The translations under genes were made by a program, and so were the position numbers. The notes below the pieces were generated by a model. That model did not search any database. It was not told the DNA's origin and worked only from the letters and a program-made list of their open reading frames with translations. This document shows positions 1 through 9,034 of a stretch of DNA of 64,000 nt, piece after piece. Each line of letters opens with the position of its first letter. The first letter of the stretch is position 1. Location of the stretch: contig JANRKD010000001.1 of assembly GCA_033763655.1 (NCBI GenBank), positions 64,023 to 128,022 of the forward strand, read 5' to 3'. This DNA comes from Alphaproteobacteria bacterium. Its GTDB lineage: Bacteria > Pseudomonadota > Alphaproteobacteria > Rickettsiales > UBA3002.

Positions 1-648
1 CAGGCGGTTGACAAACACCCCCGCCACCTGCGCGCGCTCGTCCTTGAGCCCGGTTTCCTTCTCGATGACCGAGGCCAGAATCACCGCCTGTTGCGGCGTG
101 GTAACGGGCAGGTCTGCGGCGCGCATCGGCCAGACGGCGGCGAGCAGGTCGGCCTGCGCTTTCTGCATGCGGGCCAGCACATTAGCACGAGCCTCGCCGC
201 GTGCAAAATGCAACGTATCGGGCAGCAGCGACCCTTCGGCAATCACCGCCGGCAGGTCACCGGTCAGCAGCGGCTCGGCCAGCAGCGCCGCACGCACCTG
301 CGCACTGTTCCAGCCTTCAGGGATGGTAATTTTATGCACCACCACCTCGCCGCGCGCGATTTTCGCCACCACCTGCGCGGGCGTGCTGCCTGCCGCAAAA
401 TCATATTCGCCCGCCTGCAGAGTATGGTAATCGACGTTCATCAGCAACGGCAGCACCGTCAGCAAGGGCGCAGGCGCCAGCCCTTGCGCGTGCAGTTGGG
501 AAAGCAGCGCACGCACGCCGGTTCCGGGAGGCAGCATCAGGGTTGTCTGCGTCGCCGAGCGGGTATTCTTATAGAGATAGACGCTCACGCCCGCCGCCGC
601 GAAGACCAGCAGCAGGAGCGCCATCACCATTCCGGCTATTATCCGCAT
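1..648 (-). CDS. mltG: Endolytic murein transglycosylase MltG/YceG, N-terminal part only (gene runs off the left edge)
   Basis: Not in the ORF track because there is no stop in the window. Reverse-strand ATG at 648 is open to base 1. Translation: MRIIAGMVMALLLLVFAAAG (membrane anchor) ... ITIPEGW ... SVIEKETG ... AGVFVNRL, which are YceG-type motifs. Lies downstream of fabF as in many proteobacteria. Confidence 0.8.
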   Translation of the reverse strand, partial: MRIIAGMVMALLLLVFAAAGVSVYLYKNTRSATQTTLMLPPGTGVRALLSQLHAQGLAPAPLLTVLPLLMNVDYHTLQAGEYDFAAGSTPAQVVAKIARGEVVVHKITIPEGWNSAQVRAALLAEPLLTGDLPAVIAEGSLLPDTLHFARGEARANVLARMQKAQADLLAAVWPMRAADLPVTTPQQAVILASVIEKETGLKDERAQVAGVFVNRL

Positions 649-694
649 GCCTGCCTCGTATCGGCGCCGCGCGCGCGGGGAGCCCACGCTCCGG

Positions 695-1954
695 CTACCG
701 CGCCTGTTTGAAAATGACGCTGGCGTTGGTGCCGCCAAAACCGAAGCTGTTGGACAACACCGCACCGACTTTTTTCTCTTTGGCCACCAGTGGCACCAGA
801 TCCATCCCCACCACCGATTCGGACGGGTTTTCAAGGTTAAGCGTCGGTGGCAACACGCCGTGCATCATCGCCAGCACGGAGAAAATCGCCTCGACCGAAC
901 CGGCGCCGCCGAGCAGATGCCCGATTGCCGCCTTGGTCGAGGACATGCTGACGTTAGTTTCGCCAAACAAACGGCGCACCGCACCCGCCTCGATTTCATC
1001 ACCCTTGGGGGTGCTGGTGCCGTGGGCGTTGATATAGCCGATGTCGCCTACCGCCATGCCCGCATCCCTCAGCGCCATCTGCATCGACCGGTAGCCGCCG
1101 TCGCCATCATCCGCCGGGCTGGTAATATGGTACGCATCGCCGCTCAGGCCATAACCTGCGAACTCGGCAAAAATCGTCGCGCCACGGGCTTTGGCATGTT
1201 CATATTCCTCAAGCACCAGCATACCTGCACCTTCGCCCATGACAAACCCATCACGCCCCTGATCCCACGGGCGCGAGGCTTTGGTCGGCGTGTCGTTATA
1301 GGCAGTCGAGAGCGCCCGCGCCGCCGCGAAGCCCGCGATACCGACCCGGCAGATCGCCGCTTCGGTCGAACCGGCGATCATTACGTCCGCATCGCCGTAA
1401 GCAATCATGCGCGCGGCGTCGCCAATCGCATGGGCGCCGCTCGAACAGGCGGTGACCACCGCATGGTTCGGGCCTTTGAGGCCGTGCTTGATAGAAACCT
1501 GTCCCGACGCGAGGTTAATCAGCGCCGAGGGGATAAAAAACGGCGAAACGCGGCTCGCGCCACGCTCTTTCATCAGCAGCACGGTTTCCTCGATCGCCTG
1601 CAGGCCGCCGATGCCCGAGCCGATCATCACACCCGCACGCACACGCTTTTCCTCGGTCGAAAGGTCGATGCCCGATTGCTTGATGGCCTCATCCGCCGCG
1701 GCCACCGCGAAATGGATAAAATCATCCATTTTCTTCTGCTCTTTGGGCTCGATATAATGGTTGGGATTGAATTCGCCCGCCGCATCCCCGCGCGGCACCT
1801 GCCCGGCGACTCTGGCCTTAAGGTCGCTCGTCTCGAACTTGGTAATCGCGCTCAGGCCCGAATCCCCTGCAATCAGGCGCTTCCAGACGTGATCGACCCC
1901 CACGCCCAGCGGCGTGACCAACCCCATACCCGTAACCACAACACGGCGTTTCAT
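695..1954 (-). CDS. fabF: 3-oxoacyl-ACP synthase II
   Basis: VVVTGMG, TACSSGAHAIG (active-site Cys), NAHGTSTP, GHLLGGAG. Start moved to ATG 1954 (MKRRVVV, GGAGGG SD upstream) instead of the ORF-track start at 1987. Confidence 0.95.
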   Translation of the reverse strand: MKRRVVVTGMGLVTPLGVGVDHVWKRLIAGDSGLSAITKFETSDLKARVAGQVPRGDAAGEFNPNHYIEPKEQKKMDDFIHFAVAAADEAIKQSGIDLSTEEKRVRAGVMIGSGIGGLQAIEETVLLMKERGASRVSPFFIPSALINLASGQVSIKHGLKGPNHAVVTACSSGAHAIGDAARMIAYGDADVMIAGSTEAAICRVGIAGFAAARALSTAYNDTPTKASRPWDQGRDGFVMGEGAGMLVLEEYEHAKARGATIFAEFAGYGLSGDAYHITSPADDGDGGYRSMQMALRDAGMAVGDIGYINAHGTSTPKGDEIEAGAVRRLFGETNVSMSSTKAAIGHLLGGAGSVEAIFSVLAMMHGVLPPTLNLENPSESVVGMDLVPLVAKEKKVGAVLSNSFGFGGTNASVIFKQAR

Positions 1955-2038
1955 ACTATCCCTCCAGTAAAGCAAAAAGCGCGGCAAACTTCCCTTGCGG
2001 TGAGCTTGCGCGCGCTTTCCTAATGCATTTCGTTACGC

Positions 2039-2275
2039 TTACGCAGCGTTCTTTTCGATGAACTCAATCGCGTTCGAAACGGTCTGGATTTTTTCCGCCG
2101 CATCGTCGGGGATTTCCACGCCGAATTCTTCCTCGAACGCCATCACCAGCTCTACCGTGTCGAGCGAATCCGCGCCCAGATCGTCGATGAAGTTGGCCTC
2201 AGGGGTGACTTTTGCTTCTTCAACGCCCAGATGTTCAACGACAATCTTTTTCACGCGTGCAGCAGTATCAGACAT
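2039..2275 (-). CDS. acpP: Acyl carrier protein
   Basis: 78 aa with [13 protein letters not shown] phosphopantetheine-Ser motif, between fabG and fabF. Confidence 0.95.
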   Translation of the reverse strand: MSDTAARVKKIVVEHLGVEEAKVTPEANFIDDLGADSLDTVELVMAFEEEFGVEIPDDAAEKIQTVSNAIEFIEKNAA

Positions 2276-2504
2276 GGTATCCTCATTCGTAAGTTAAGCC
2301 AGAAAGACAGCGGATGGTTCTTGGGTTTAACCCGCCATCTTGGGAACGTCGGGCGGCTTTACCATAGGCATATCGGATTTGGCTAGAGAAATGTTACCGA
2401 ATGTAACAGGAGGCTATAAACAAAGCCTACCATCGCGGCAGCCGCACACTCCGCTTGGTCACCCCGTCTTCATGACGGGGGCTGCCTTCCTTTGAAAAGA
2501 TGGA

Positions 2505-2529
2505 CCCCGCAACACGTGCGGGATGACAG
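2505..2529. repeat. Short palindromic intergenic repeat (TGTCATCCCG-hairpin family), single unit
   Basis: ccccgcaacacgtgcgggatgacag. Same 'hairpin + GGGATGACA' design as the units at 3341-3470 and 6046-6081. Confidence 0.5.
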
Positions 2530-2578
2530 TTGGGGAGACCTACGCCGCGCATGCATCCAGTAAAGAGTGGCCACACCC

Positions 2579-3316
2579 TTACACCATTAACAGCCCGCCG
2601 TTAATATGCAGCGTCTGGCCGGTGATGTAGCTTGCCGCATCGGAAGCAAGGAAAGCCACCCCGGCGGCGACGTCCTCGGGCAAGCCGAAGCGCTGGGCGG
2701 GGATGTTATCCGTGATGCGCTTCTGCTGGTCTTCGTTCAATTTATCCGTCATCGCGGTTTTGATGAAGCCCGGCGCGACGCAATTGACGGTGATACCGCG
2801 GCTGCCCACCTCCTGCGCGAGGGATTTGCTCATCCCGATCATCCCCGCTTTGCTCGCGCAGTAGTTCGCCTGACCGGGGTTGCCCATCACCGCCACCACC
2901 GACGCAATATTGATAATCCGCCCTGCCCGCTGCTTCATAAACCCTTTCAGCACCGCCCGGTTAAGGCGGAAGGTCGCCACGAGGTTAATATCGAGCACCG
3001 AGGTAAAATCCTCGTCCTTCATGCGCATGGCGAGGCCGTCCTTGGTCACGCCCGCGTTGCAGACGAGAATATCGAGGCCGCCGAGCGCCGCTTCCGCCTG
3101 ACCGGGCAACGCATCGACCGCCGCCGCATCCGCAAGGTTGCAGGGAAGGATTTTCGCCACCCCGCCCAGCTCAGCGTTTAATGCTTCTAATGCCTCAACC
3201 CTTGTCCCTGATATTGCCACGCTGGCACCTGCGGCCACTAGCGATTTTACAATCGCCCCGCCAATACCGCCCGAAGCGCCGGTGATGAGTGCTTTTTTGC
3301 CCGTAAGGTTTGTCAT
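2579..3316 (-). CDS. fabG: 3-oxoacyl-ACP reductase
   Basis: SDR motifs TGASGGIGG and YCASKAG. Start placed at ATG 3316 (MTNLTGKKALITG, GGAGA SD). The ORF-track N-terminal extension runs into a repeat. Confidence 0.95.
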   Translation of the reverse strand: MTNLTGKKALITGASGGIGGAIVKSLVAAGASVAISGTRVEALEALNAELGGVAKILPCNLADAAAVDALPGQAEAALGGLDILVCNAGVTKDGLAMRMKDEDFTSVLDINLVATFRLNRAVLKGFMKQRAGRIINIASVVAVMGNPGQANYCASKAGMIGMSKSLAQEVGSRGITVNCVAPGFIKTAMTDKLNEDQQKRITDNIPAQRFGLPEDVAAGVAFLASDAASYITGQTLHINGGLLMV

Positions 3317-3340
3317 ATTTTTCTCCGTCGTTCTTGTTGT

Positions 3341-3470
3341 TCTGTCATCCCGGGCTTGTCCCGGGATCTCCCGCCACATCTTTGTTATTCTGTCATCCCG
3401 GCTTCATGCCGGGATCTCCCGCCACAAGTCCGATACTTTAGGGGATCCCGGGACAAGCCCGGGATGACAC
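3341..3470. repeat. Cluster of REP-like palindromic units (two direct copies plus one inverted copy)
   Basis: tctgtcatcccgggcttgtcccgggatctcccgccaca / tctgtcatcccggcttcatgccgggatctcccgccaca / inverted ggggatcccgggacaagcccgggatgaca, in the fabD-fabG spacer. Confidence 0.65.
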
Positions 3471-3475
3471 CCCTA

Positions 3476-4429
3476 CTAAGCCGCCTTGCTATAGCTTTCG
3501 AGATCCGCCGGCGTGCCGATATTCACCACCGCCATTTCCGGCGCGATGCGTTTAATCAGCCCGGCCAGCACGTTGCCGTGGCCGATTTCAATGACGCGGG
3601 TGACGCCGAGCGCCTTCATCCGCGCGACGGAATCCACCCAGCGCACCATGCCCGTCACCTGCCGCACCAGCAGGGCTTTGATTTCCACAGGGTCGCGCGC
3701 GAGATCCGCCGTGACGTTGGCAATGAGCGGCACCACCGGCGCCTTTAGGCCCGAGGCTGCAAGTGCCTGCGCCATCACCGTCGCCGCGGGCGCCATCAGC
3801 GAACAGTGGAACGGCGCGGATACCGGCAACGGCAACGCACGCTTTGCGTCGCTCTCTTTGGCCACGGCGATGGCCATCTCCATGCCGCGCGCGCTGCCCG
3901 AGAGCACAATCTGGTTGGTCGAATTATGGTTCGCGATTTCAATCACCTCGCCTGCAGGCGCGCGTTTGCGTGCCTCGGCCACGATGGCCTCAACTGCCTG
4001 CAACTCCGGCCCGATAATGGCCACCATGCCGCCCTGCCCGGCCGGCACCGCCGCCTGCATCGCCTCACCGCGCGTGCGCAGAAGGCGTGCTGCTTCGGCA
4101 ACCGTCAGCGCCCCTGCCGCCGTCAGTGCGGAATACTCGCCGAGCGAATGGCCCGCCACATACGCCGCACCCGCAGGCAGCGCAAACCCCATCTGCTTCT
4201 GCATGACCGCAAACGCCGCCAGCGACACCGCCATAATCGCGGGCTGGGCGTTTCGCGTCGCGGTGAGGTCGGCCTCCGGGCCGTCCTTCATGAGCTGTGA
4301 AAGTTTCATCGACAGTGCGTCATCGACCGCCTCGAACACTTCGCGTGCTTCGGCGAAACTGGCAGCAAGAGCCTGCCCCATACCAATGGCCTGGCTGCCC
4401 TGGCCGGGAAATACAAGTGCGGTGGTCAT
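3476..4429 (-). CDS. fabD: Malonyl-CoA:ACP transacylase
   Basis: FPGQGSQ and GHSLGEYSAL active-site motifs, in fab cluster context. Confidence 0.95.
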   Translation of the reverse strand: MTTALVFPGQGSQAIGMGQALAASFAEAREVFEAVDDALSMKLSQLMKDGPEADLTATRNAQPAIMAVSLAAFAVMQKQMGFALPAGAAYVAGHSLGEYSALTAAGALTVAEAARLLRTRGEAMQAAVPAGQGGMVAIIGPELQAVEAIVAEARKRAPAGEVIEIANHNSTNQIVLSGSARGMEMAIAVAKESDAKRALPLPVSAPFHCSLMAPAATVMAQALAASGLKAPVVPLIANVTADLARDPVEIKALLVRQVTGMVRWVDSVARMKALGVTRVIEIGHGNVLAGLIKRIAPEMAVVNIGTPADLESYSKAA

Positions 4430-4604
4430 GATTGCTCTCCTGACTATTATTTAATTCCGCTGCGATACAGGTAAGTGCCCGGCAGGTCAATGGGCTGGCA
4501 TTTTCCCCTTGCCAACTGCCGCGCCAGCCCCTATAAGCCCCGCTCCCTCGAAGGGGGAACCTTAATACACAGGTCATCCGTACACCACTACATGGGGTAG
4601 ATGG

Positions 4605-4728
4605 GTGGCTGGCTTTATAGGTGGCGAGTGCTAGGAGCATTCGTTTTTTCAACCGCAGCGTAGCAGCGCTACGAGAGGATTGGAAAAATGGATGCGACAC
4701 CGCAATCGCCACCTATAAAGCCAGCCAC
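4605..4728 (+). promoter_or_regulatory. Long perfect inverted repeat in the rpsF 5' leader (possible autoregulatory leader or small inserted palindrome)
   Basis: gtggctggctttataggtggcga (4605-4627) is the exact reverse complement of tcgccacctataaagccagccac (4706-4728). The loop contains a second hairpin, cgtagc-agc-gctacg. The element ends about 30 nt before the rpsF ATG. Confidence 0.4.
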
Positions 4729-4759
4729 GAGCGCGGTGGCCGTTAATGGGAGAAGCACC

Positions 4760-5107
4760 ATGGCATTCTACGAATGCACCTTTGTTACGCGCCCGGATTT
4801 TTCCAAGGCCGACGTACAAAAACTCACCGACACCTTAAGCAAGATCGTCACCGACGGTCAAGGTACAGTGATTAAATCCGAATATTGGGGTCTGCGTCAG
4901 CTCGCCTATAAAATCAACAAAATGAGCAAGGGTCACTACACGCTGCTCGGGATTGAAGCCGCGCCCGCGACGCTCAAAGAGCTTGAGCGCAACATGGGTA
5001 TCAACGAGGACATCATCCGCACGCTGACCGTGCGCGTGGATACGATGGACGCCACCCCGACTGTCATGCTCCAGAGCAAATCTGGCGACAGCTACGAAGC
5101 AGCATAA
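4760..5107 (+). CDS. rpsF: 30S ribosomal protein S6
   Basis: [13 protein letters not shown]...[13 protein letters not shown]. Start at ATG 4760 with GGGAGAAG SD. The ORF-track start at 4688 lies inside the leader palindrome. Confidence 0.9.
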   Translation: MAFYECTFVTRPDFSKADVQKLTDTLSKIVTDGQGTVIKSEYWGLRQLAYKINKMSKGHYTLLGIEAAPATLKELERNMGINEDIIRTLTVRVDTMDATPTVMLQSKSGDSYEAA

Positions 5108-5115
5108 GGAGAGAG

Positions 5116-5484
5116 ATGATGACCACAGGATTCCAACCGCGCGGTGAGCGCAGTGAACGCCCTTCGGCAGGCCGCGGTGAAGGCCGCAGCTTCGGCGGCG
5201 GTGACCGTAGTGAACGTCCGACCCGCGATGGCGCGGCCGGTGGCGATGCTGCCGGTGGCCGCAAAGTTTTCTTCCGGCGTCGCAAATCGTGCCCGCTGAC
5301 CGGCCCGAACGCGCCCGCAGTCGATTACAAAGATGTGAAACTGCTTGGCCGCTTCATCTCGGAGCGTGGCAAAATTCTGCCAAGCCGCATTACTGCCGTT
5401 TCCGCGAAGAAGCAGCGCGCGCTTTCGCAAGCGATTAAACGCGCCCGCAACCTCGCTTTGTTACCATACGTCGTCCAGAACTAG
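5116..5484 (+). CDS. rpsR: 30S ribosomal protein S18 with Arg/Gly-rich N-terminal extension
   Basis: Conserved core [12 protein letters not shown]...[33 protein letters not shown], preceded by about 45 extra residues (GERSERP...GDRSERP). Confidence 0.9.
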   Translation: MMTTGFQPRGERSERPSAGRGEGRSFGGGDRSERPTRDGAAGGDAAGGRKVFFRRRKSCPLTGPNAPAVDYKDVKLLGRFISERGKILPSRITAVSAKKQRALSQAIKRARNLALLPYVVQN

Positions 5485-5495
5485 GAGTATAGATC

Positions 5496-6035
5496 ATGGA
5501 TGTTATTTTGTTAGAACGCATCAGCCGCCTGGGTTCCGTGGGCGACGTGGTGAAAGTAAAAAACGGCTTTGCCCGTAACTTCCTGCTGCCGCAGAAAAAA
5601 GCGCTGCGCGCGACGGAGGACAACAAAAAGGTGTTTGAAGGCAAACGCGCCGTGCTCGAAAAGCAGAACGCCGAAACCCGCGCCGCCGCCGAGAAACTGG
5701 CCGCCACCATGGCCAACCTTTCGGTCAGCATCATCCGTCAGGCGGCGGAAGACGGCAAGCTCTACGGCTCGGTCGCCGCGCGCGATGTCGAAGTCGCCCT
5801 CGCGGAAGCGGGCCACAAGGTCGAGCGTCGCTATATCGACCTCACCACGGCCATCAAATCGCTCGGCGTCTACGAAGCCATCGTCAACCTGCACCCCGAG
5901 GTGCATGTGAAGGTGAAAGTGCAGGTCGCCCGCAACGCCGAAGGCCTGCTCGCGCAGGAACTCGCCGCCAAAGCCGACGACAAAACCGACGAAGCCGCGA
6001 TGTTCGACGAAGCCGAGGACGAATCGGCCGCATAG
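5496..6035 (+). CDS. rplI: 50S ribosomal protein L9
   Basis: MDVILLERISRLGSVGDVVKVKNGFARNFLLPQKKA, follows rpsR. Confidence 0.95.
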   Translation: MDVILLERISRLGSVGDVVKVKNGFARNFLLPQKKALRATEDNKKVFEGKRAVLEKQNAETRAAAEKLAATMANLSVSIIRQAAEDGKLYGSVAARDVEVALAEAGHKVERRYIDLTTAIKSLGVYEAIVNLHPEVHVKVKVQVARNAEGLLAQELAAKADDKTDEAAMFDEAEDESAA

Positions 6036-6045
6036 CCGGCTCAGG

Positions 6046-6081
6046 GCGTCATCCCGGTTTGCGAAGCAATACCGGGATCCC
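6046..6081. repeat. REP-like palindromic unit (same family as 3341-3470)
   Basis: ggcgtcatcccggtttgcgaagcaataccgggatcccc. Confidence 0.5.
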
Positions 6082-6096
6082 CCGAATCAGCCGAAT

Positions 6097-6130
6097 AAAA
6101 ACCCGGTCAGCAATGGCCGGGTTTTTTGTT
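6097..6130 (+). terminator. Rho-independent terminator after rplI
   Basis: aaaaACCCGGtcagcaatggCCGGGTtttttgtt: short GC stem followed by a T-run. Confidence 0.6.
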
Positions 6131-6297
6131 GTCCGTTACTTATACACATCACTGGGGTACATTCACCGCACGACTCATCCTCACATTCCCACATTTCTTA
6201 TCCGGCGGTGTGGGTAACTGGAACAGTGGCATAGTCCTGCGCATGTATGTTAGTATGGTGGATGCCCACAACAAAAAATGATGGTGAGTACCCGCCC

Positions 6298-7791
6298 ATG
6301 GCAACCGTTCTCGAACACCCCAACACCAATGCAAAAAATGATGGCACAAGCGGGGCGGCGCTGAAGGAAGCACCGAATAATCTGGAAGCGGAGCAGGCCG
6401 TACTTGGCGCCATCCTCGCCAACAACGAAGCCCTGAACCATGTCGGCAGCAGCCTTGAAGCCGAGGATTTCTACGCCGGCATCCACCAGCGCATCTTCAA
6501 GGCCATCAAGCAGTTCAACGACAAAGGCCTCATTGCCAACCCGGTCACCCTCAAGCATCATTTCGCAGGCGCCGAAGGGGTCGAAGACCACTACCTCGCG
6601 CGGCTCGTCGGCAGCGCCACCTCCATCATCAACATCCATGATTACGCCCGCATCATCCGCGATCTGGCGATCAAGCGCCGCCTGATTGGCATCGGCGAAA
6701 CCACCGTGGTCGAGGCCTTCAATCCGCAAAGCGAACATGCGGGCATTACGCTGGTCGAGATGACCGAGCAGCAATTGTTCAAGCTCGCCACCGAAGGCGA
6801 CGGCGAAGGCGGCTTCAAACCCCTCAAAAATGCCGTGGTCGAAGCCTTGAACCGCACCGAAAAAGCCTTCCAGCGCTCGGGCGCGGTCGTCGGTGTCGAT
6901 ACAGGCTTCAAAGACATGAACCGTGTGCTGGGCGGGCTGCACCCTTCGGATCTGCTCATCCTCGCCGGACGGCCCGCCATGGGCAAAACCGCGCTTGCCA
7001 CCACCATGGCCTACAACGCCGCCAAAGCTCTTGCTAACGAGGATATGGACGCCCATGCGCGCAACGCAAAGCCGCGTTCGGTCGGGTTCTTCTCGCTTGA
7101 GATGTCGGGCGAACAGCTGGCGATGCGTCTGCTGGCCGCCGCCGGGGGCATCAGCTCGCACAAGCTCCAGCGCGGCGATCTAACGCAGGAAGAATTCCAG
7201 CGGCTGGTCGAAAGCTCGACCGAAATGGCTAACCTGCCCTTGCATATCGACGATACTCCGGCGCTGACCATCGGTGCGCTGCGCAGCCGCGCGCGCCGCT
7301 TAAAGCGGGTGCATAATGTCGCGCTGCTGGTCATCGACTACCTGCAGCTGGTGCGCCCTTCGAGCAGCAACGGCCAGGCCAACCGCGTGCAGGAAGTTTC
7401 GGAAATCACGCAAGGGCTGAAAGCCATCGCCAAAGAACTCGACATCCCGGTGATTGCCCTGTCGCAGCTGTCGCGCGCGGTCGAGAGCCGCGACGACAAA
7501 CGCCCGCAACTGGCCGATCTGCGCGAATCGGGCTCCATCGAGCAGGACGCGGATATTGTCATGTTCGTCTACCGCGAGGAATACTATATGCAGCGCACGC
7601 AGCCGCGCGAAGGCACCCCCGAACATAGCGAGTGGCAGAATAAAATGGCCGAAATCCACGGGCTGGCGGATGTCATTATCGCCAAGCACCGTAACGGGCC
7701 GGTGGATACGGTCACGCTCCAGTTCCAGTCCGAGCTGACCCGCTTCATGGACCATGTGAAGCCCGACCACCTGCCCGAGCAATATTATTAG
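6298..7791 (+). CDS. dnaB: Replicative DNA helicase
   Basis: NLEAEQAVLGAIL N-terminal motif, Walker A GRPAMGKTA, SLEMS, IDYLQL, QLSRAVE. Start placed at ATG 6298. Confidence 0.95.
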   Translation: MATVLEHPNTNAKNDGTSGAALKEAPNNLEAEQAVLGAILANNEALNHVGSSLEAEDFYAGIHQRIFKAIKQFNDKGLIANPVTLKHHFAGAEGVEDHYLARLVGSATSIINIHDYARIIRDLAIKRRLIGIGETTVVEAFNPQSEHAGITLVEMTEQQLFKLATEGDGEGGFKPLKNAVVEALNRTEKAFQRSGAVVGVDTGFKDMNRVLGGLHPSDLLILAGRPAMGKTALATTMAYNAAKALANEDMDAHARNAKPRSVGFFSLEMSGEQLAMRLLAAAGGISSHKLQRGDLTQEEFQRLVESSTEMANLPLHIDDTPALTIGALRSRARRLKRVHNVALLVIDYLQLVRPSSSNGQANRVQEVSEITQGLKAIAKELDIPVIALSQLSRAVESRDDKRPQLADLRESGSIEQDADIVMFVYREEYYMQRTQPREGTPEHSEWQNKMAEIHGLADVIIAKHRNGPVDTVTLQFQSELTRFMDHVKPDHLPEQYY

Positions 7792-7820
7792 GCACGGCTG
7801 GCGGCCAGTGAGGTCGCCGG

Positions 7821-7930
7821 CAGTCAGTAGCCAGTAGTCAGTAGCCAGTGAAGGAAGGAAGGAAGAAAGGAAGTAAAGCAAGGGGAGTCGCTCCCTCGCC
7901 CGCTTGCGGGAGAAGGCCGGGGTGAGGGAA
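7821..7930. repeat. Low-complexity tandem repeats plus a 'GEG' type REP-like sequence
   Basis: cagtagc/cagtagt heptamer run, (ggaa)n run, then ctccctcgcccgcttgcgggagaaggccggggtgaggg. Confidence 0.4.
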
Positions 7931-8098
7931 GTGGCAGCAAGGCAGAGTCGAAAAGAATATGTCAGCCCCCGATCATTCTCGAACCAGGCAATTCGCTGGT
8001 AATCATAACTCGCCAGAGCCTTCAACGCCTCCATGATATTGTGCCTGTAAAGGTACATCATTTGAACAGCTCCGGTGGGAGTGAATCACGCCTGCCGA

Positions 8099-8440
8099 TC
8101 AACCAATGCGCTCCATCATTGCATGGGCGCTTGACGGCGTAAGAGGAACCGTGATCAATGGATTCGCCAATTGGTGTATTATTTCTGCCAAAACCTCCTC
8201 ATGGTTTATTTCATACGCAATATCTTCCCGCCCCTCGATGGCGTTTGCCCAGGCTTCCACCTCATCTGCCGTTAGCCTTCCTTCCTCATAACGCCCCAGT
8301 ATACGCGCCACATCCGAACGGGTAAGGGTAAGCAACGCCACCGGCGAATCCCACGGAAACTTATTCAAATCCGAAACGATACGGCTCACACGATCCGAGG
8401 CCTCTACCAGACTGACCAGTAATTCTGCGCGCGTTCTCAT
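8099..8440 (-). CDS. Hypothetical protein (113 aa)
   Basis: Clean ORF in a lower-GC patch between dnaB and alr. No motif recognised. Confidence 0.55.
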   Translation of the reverse strand: MRTRAELLVSLVEASDRVSRIVSDLNKFPWDSPVALLTLTRSDVARILGRYEEGRLTADEVEAWANAIEGREDIAYEINHEEVLAEIIHQLANPLITVPLTPSSAHAMMERIG

Positions 8441-8501
8441 TTTATTCTCCGGTCACAAAAATACAGGCGGCTAGCGACGCCTTACCCGTCGCCACGCACC
8501 G

Positions 8502-8777
8502 CTACCCTTCGACAATCTCGACCGTGCCGCCCTCGCCACGGCTGACCTGCACCAGAAACAGCGCCCGCGCGGCTTTCTCGCGCACCACTTCCATCAACGG
8601 ATCGCGGATGATTTCCTCCTCGGGACGGAACTCATCCACCGCATCCACCGCCGCCGCAAGTTCGCGCAGAGCCGCAGTTGTTGCCGGGTCAAAGATGATC
8701 TCTCCCACCTTCAGAAAATCATCCACGACACTATCGTCAAATAACATATTGACCGCTTCGACGAACGAAATCGTCAT
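8502..8777 (-). CDS. Hypothetical protein (91 aa or more; frame stays open upstream to about 8880 without an ATG)
   Basis: ORF in the same patch. The upstream in-frame peptide ILTELADEDYQKRVWLNTGDAPG suggests a non-ATG start or a truncated gene. Confidence 0.45.
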   Translation of the reverse strand: MTISFVEAVNMLFDDSVVDDFLKVGEIIFDPATTAALRELAAAVDAVDEFRPEEEIIRDPLMEVVREKAARALFLVQVSRGEGGTVEIVEG

Positions 8778-9034
8778 TCCCGGCGCATCGCCCGTGTTAA
8801 GCCAGACTCTCTTTTGATAATCCTCATCAGCGAGTTCCGTCAGGATACCCAGAACATTTTTTCTGTATATTTTTCAATCATCGAAATACCTCAGGGTCAA
8901 ATTTAAATTCTTCCAGCGGAATACACGATGCCCGCCACACCGGGAAGGTGGGGGGCGAAAAACCACGTTGTGCGGCGAGGTGGCACCTGCTAGCTAAGCT
9001 TCATCCGCACGCACCACCCACCACGACCAGACAC

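Noticed and set aside
647-2023. 458-aa plus-strand ORF opposite fabF. Similar long antisense ORFs include 6250-7161, 10972-11766, 14583-15353, 51726-52763, 56042-57499 and 60840-61775.
   Set aside because: These are shadow ORFs typical of GC-rich DNA. They are Arg/Gly/His-rich low-complexity translations, and each lies opposite a gene with clear family motifs.
7300-8061. 253-aa minus-strand ORF overlapping the 3' end of dnaB.
   Set aside because: Most of it is antisense to dnaB and to simple repeats. Only the first 30 or so codons (about 7960-8061) look protein-like, so at best it is a gene fragment.
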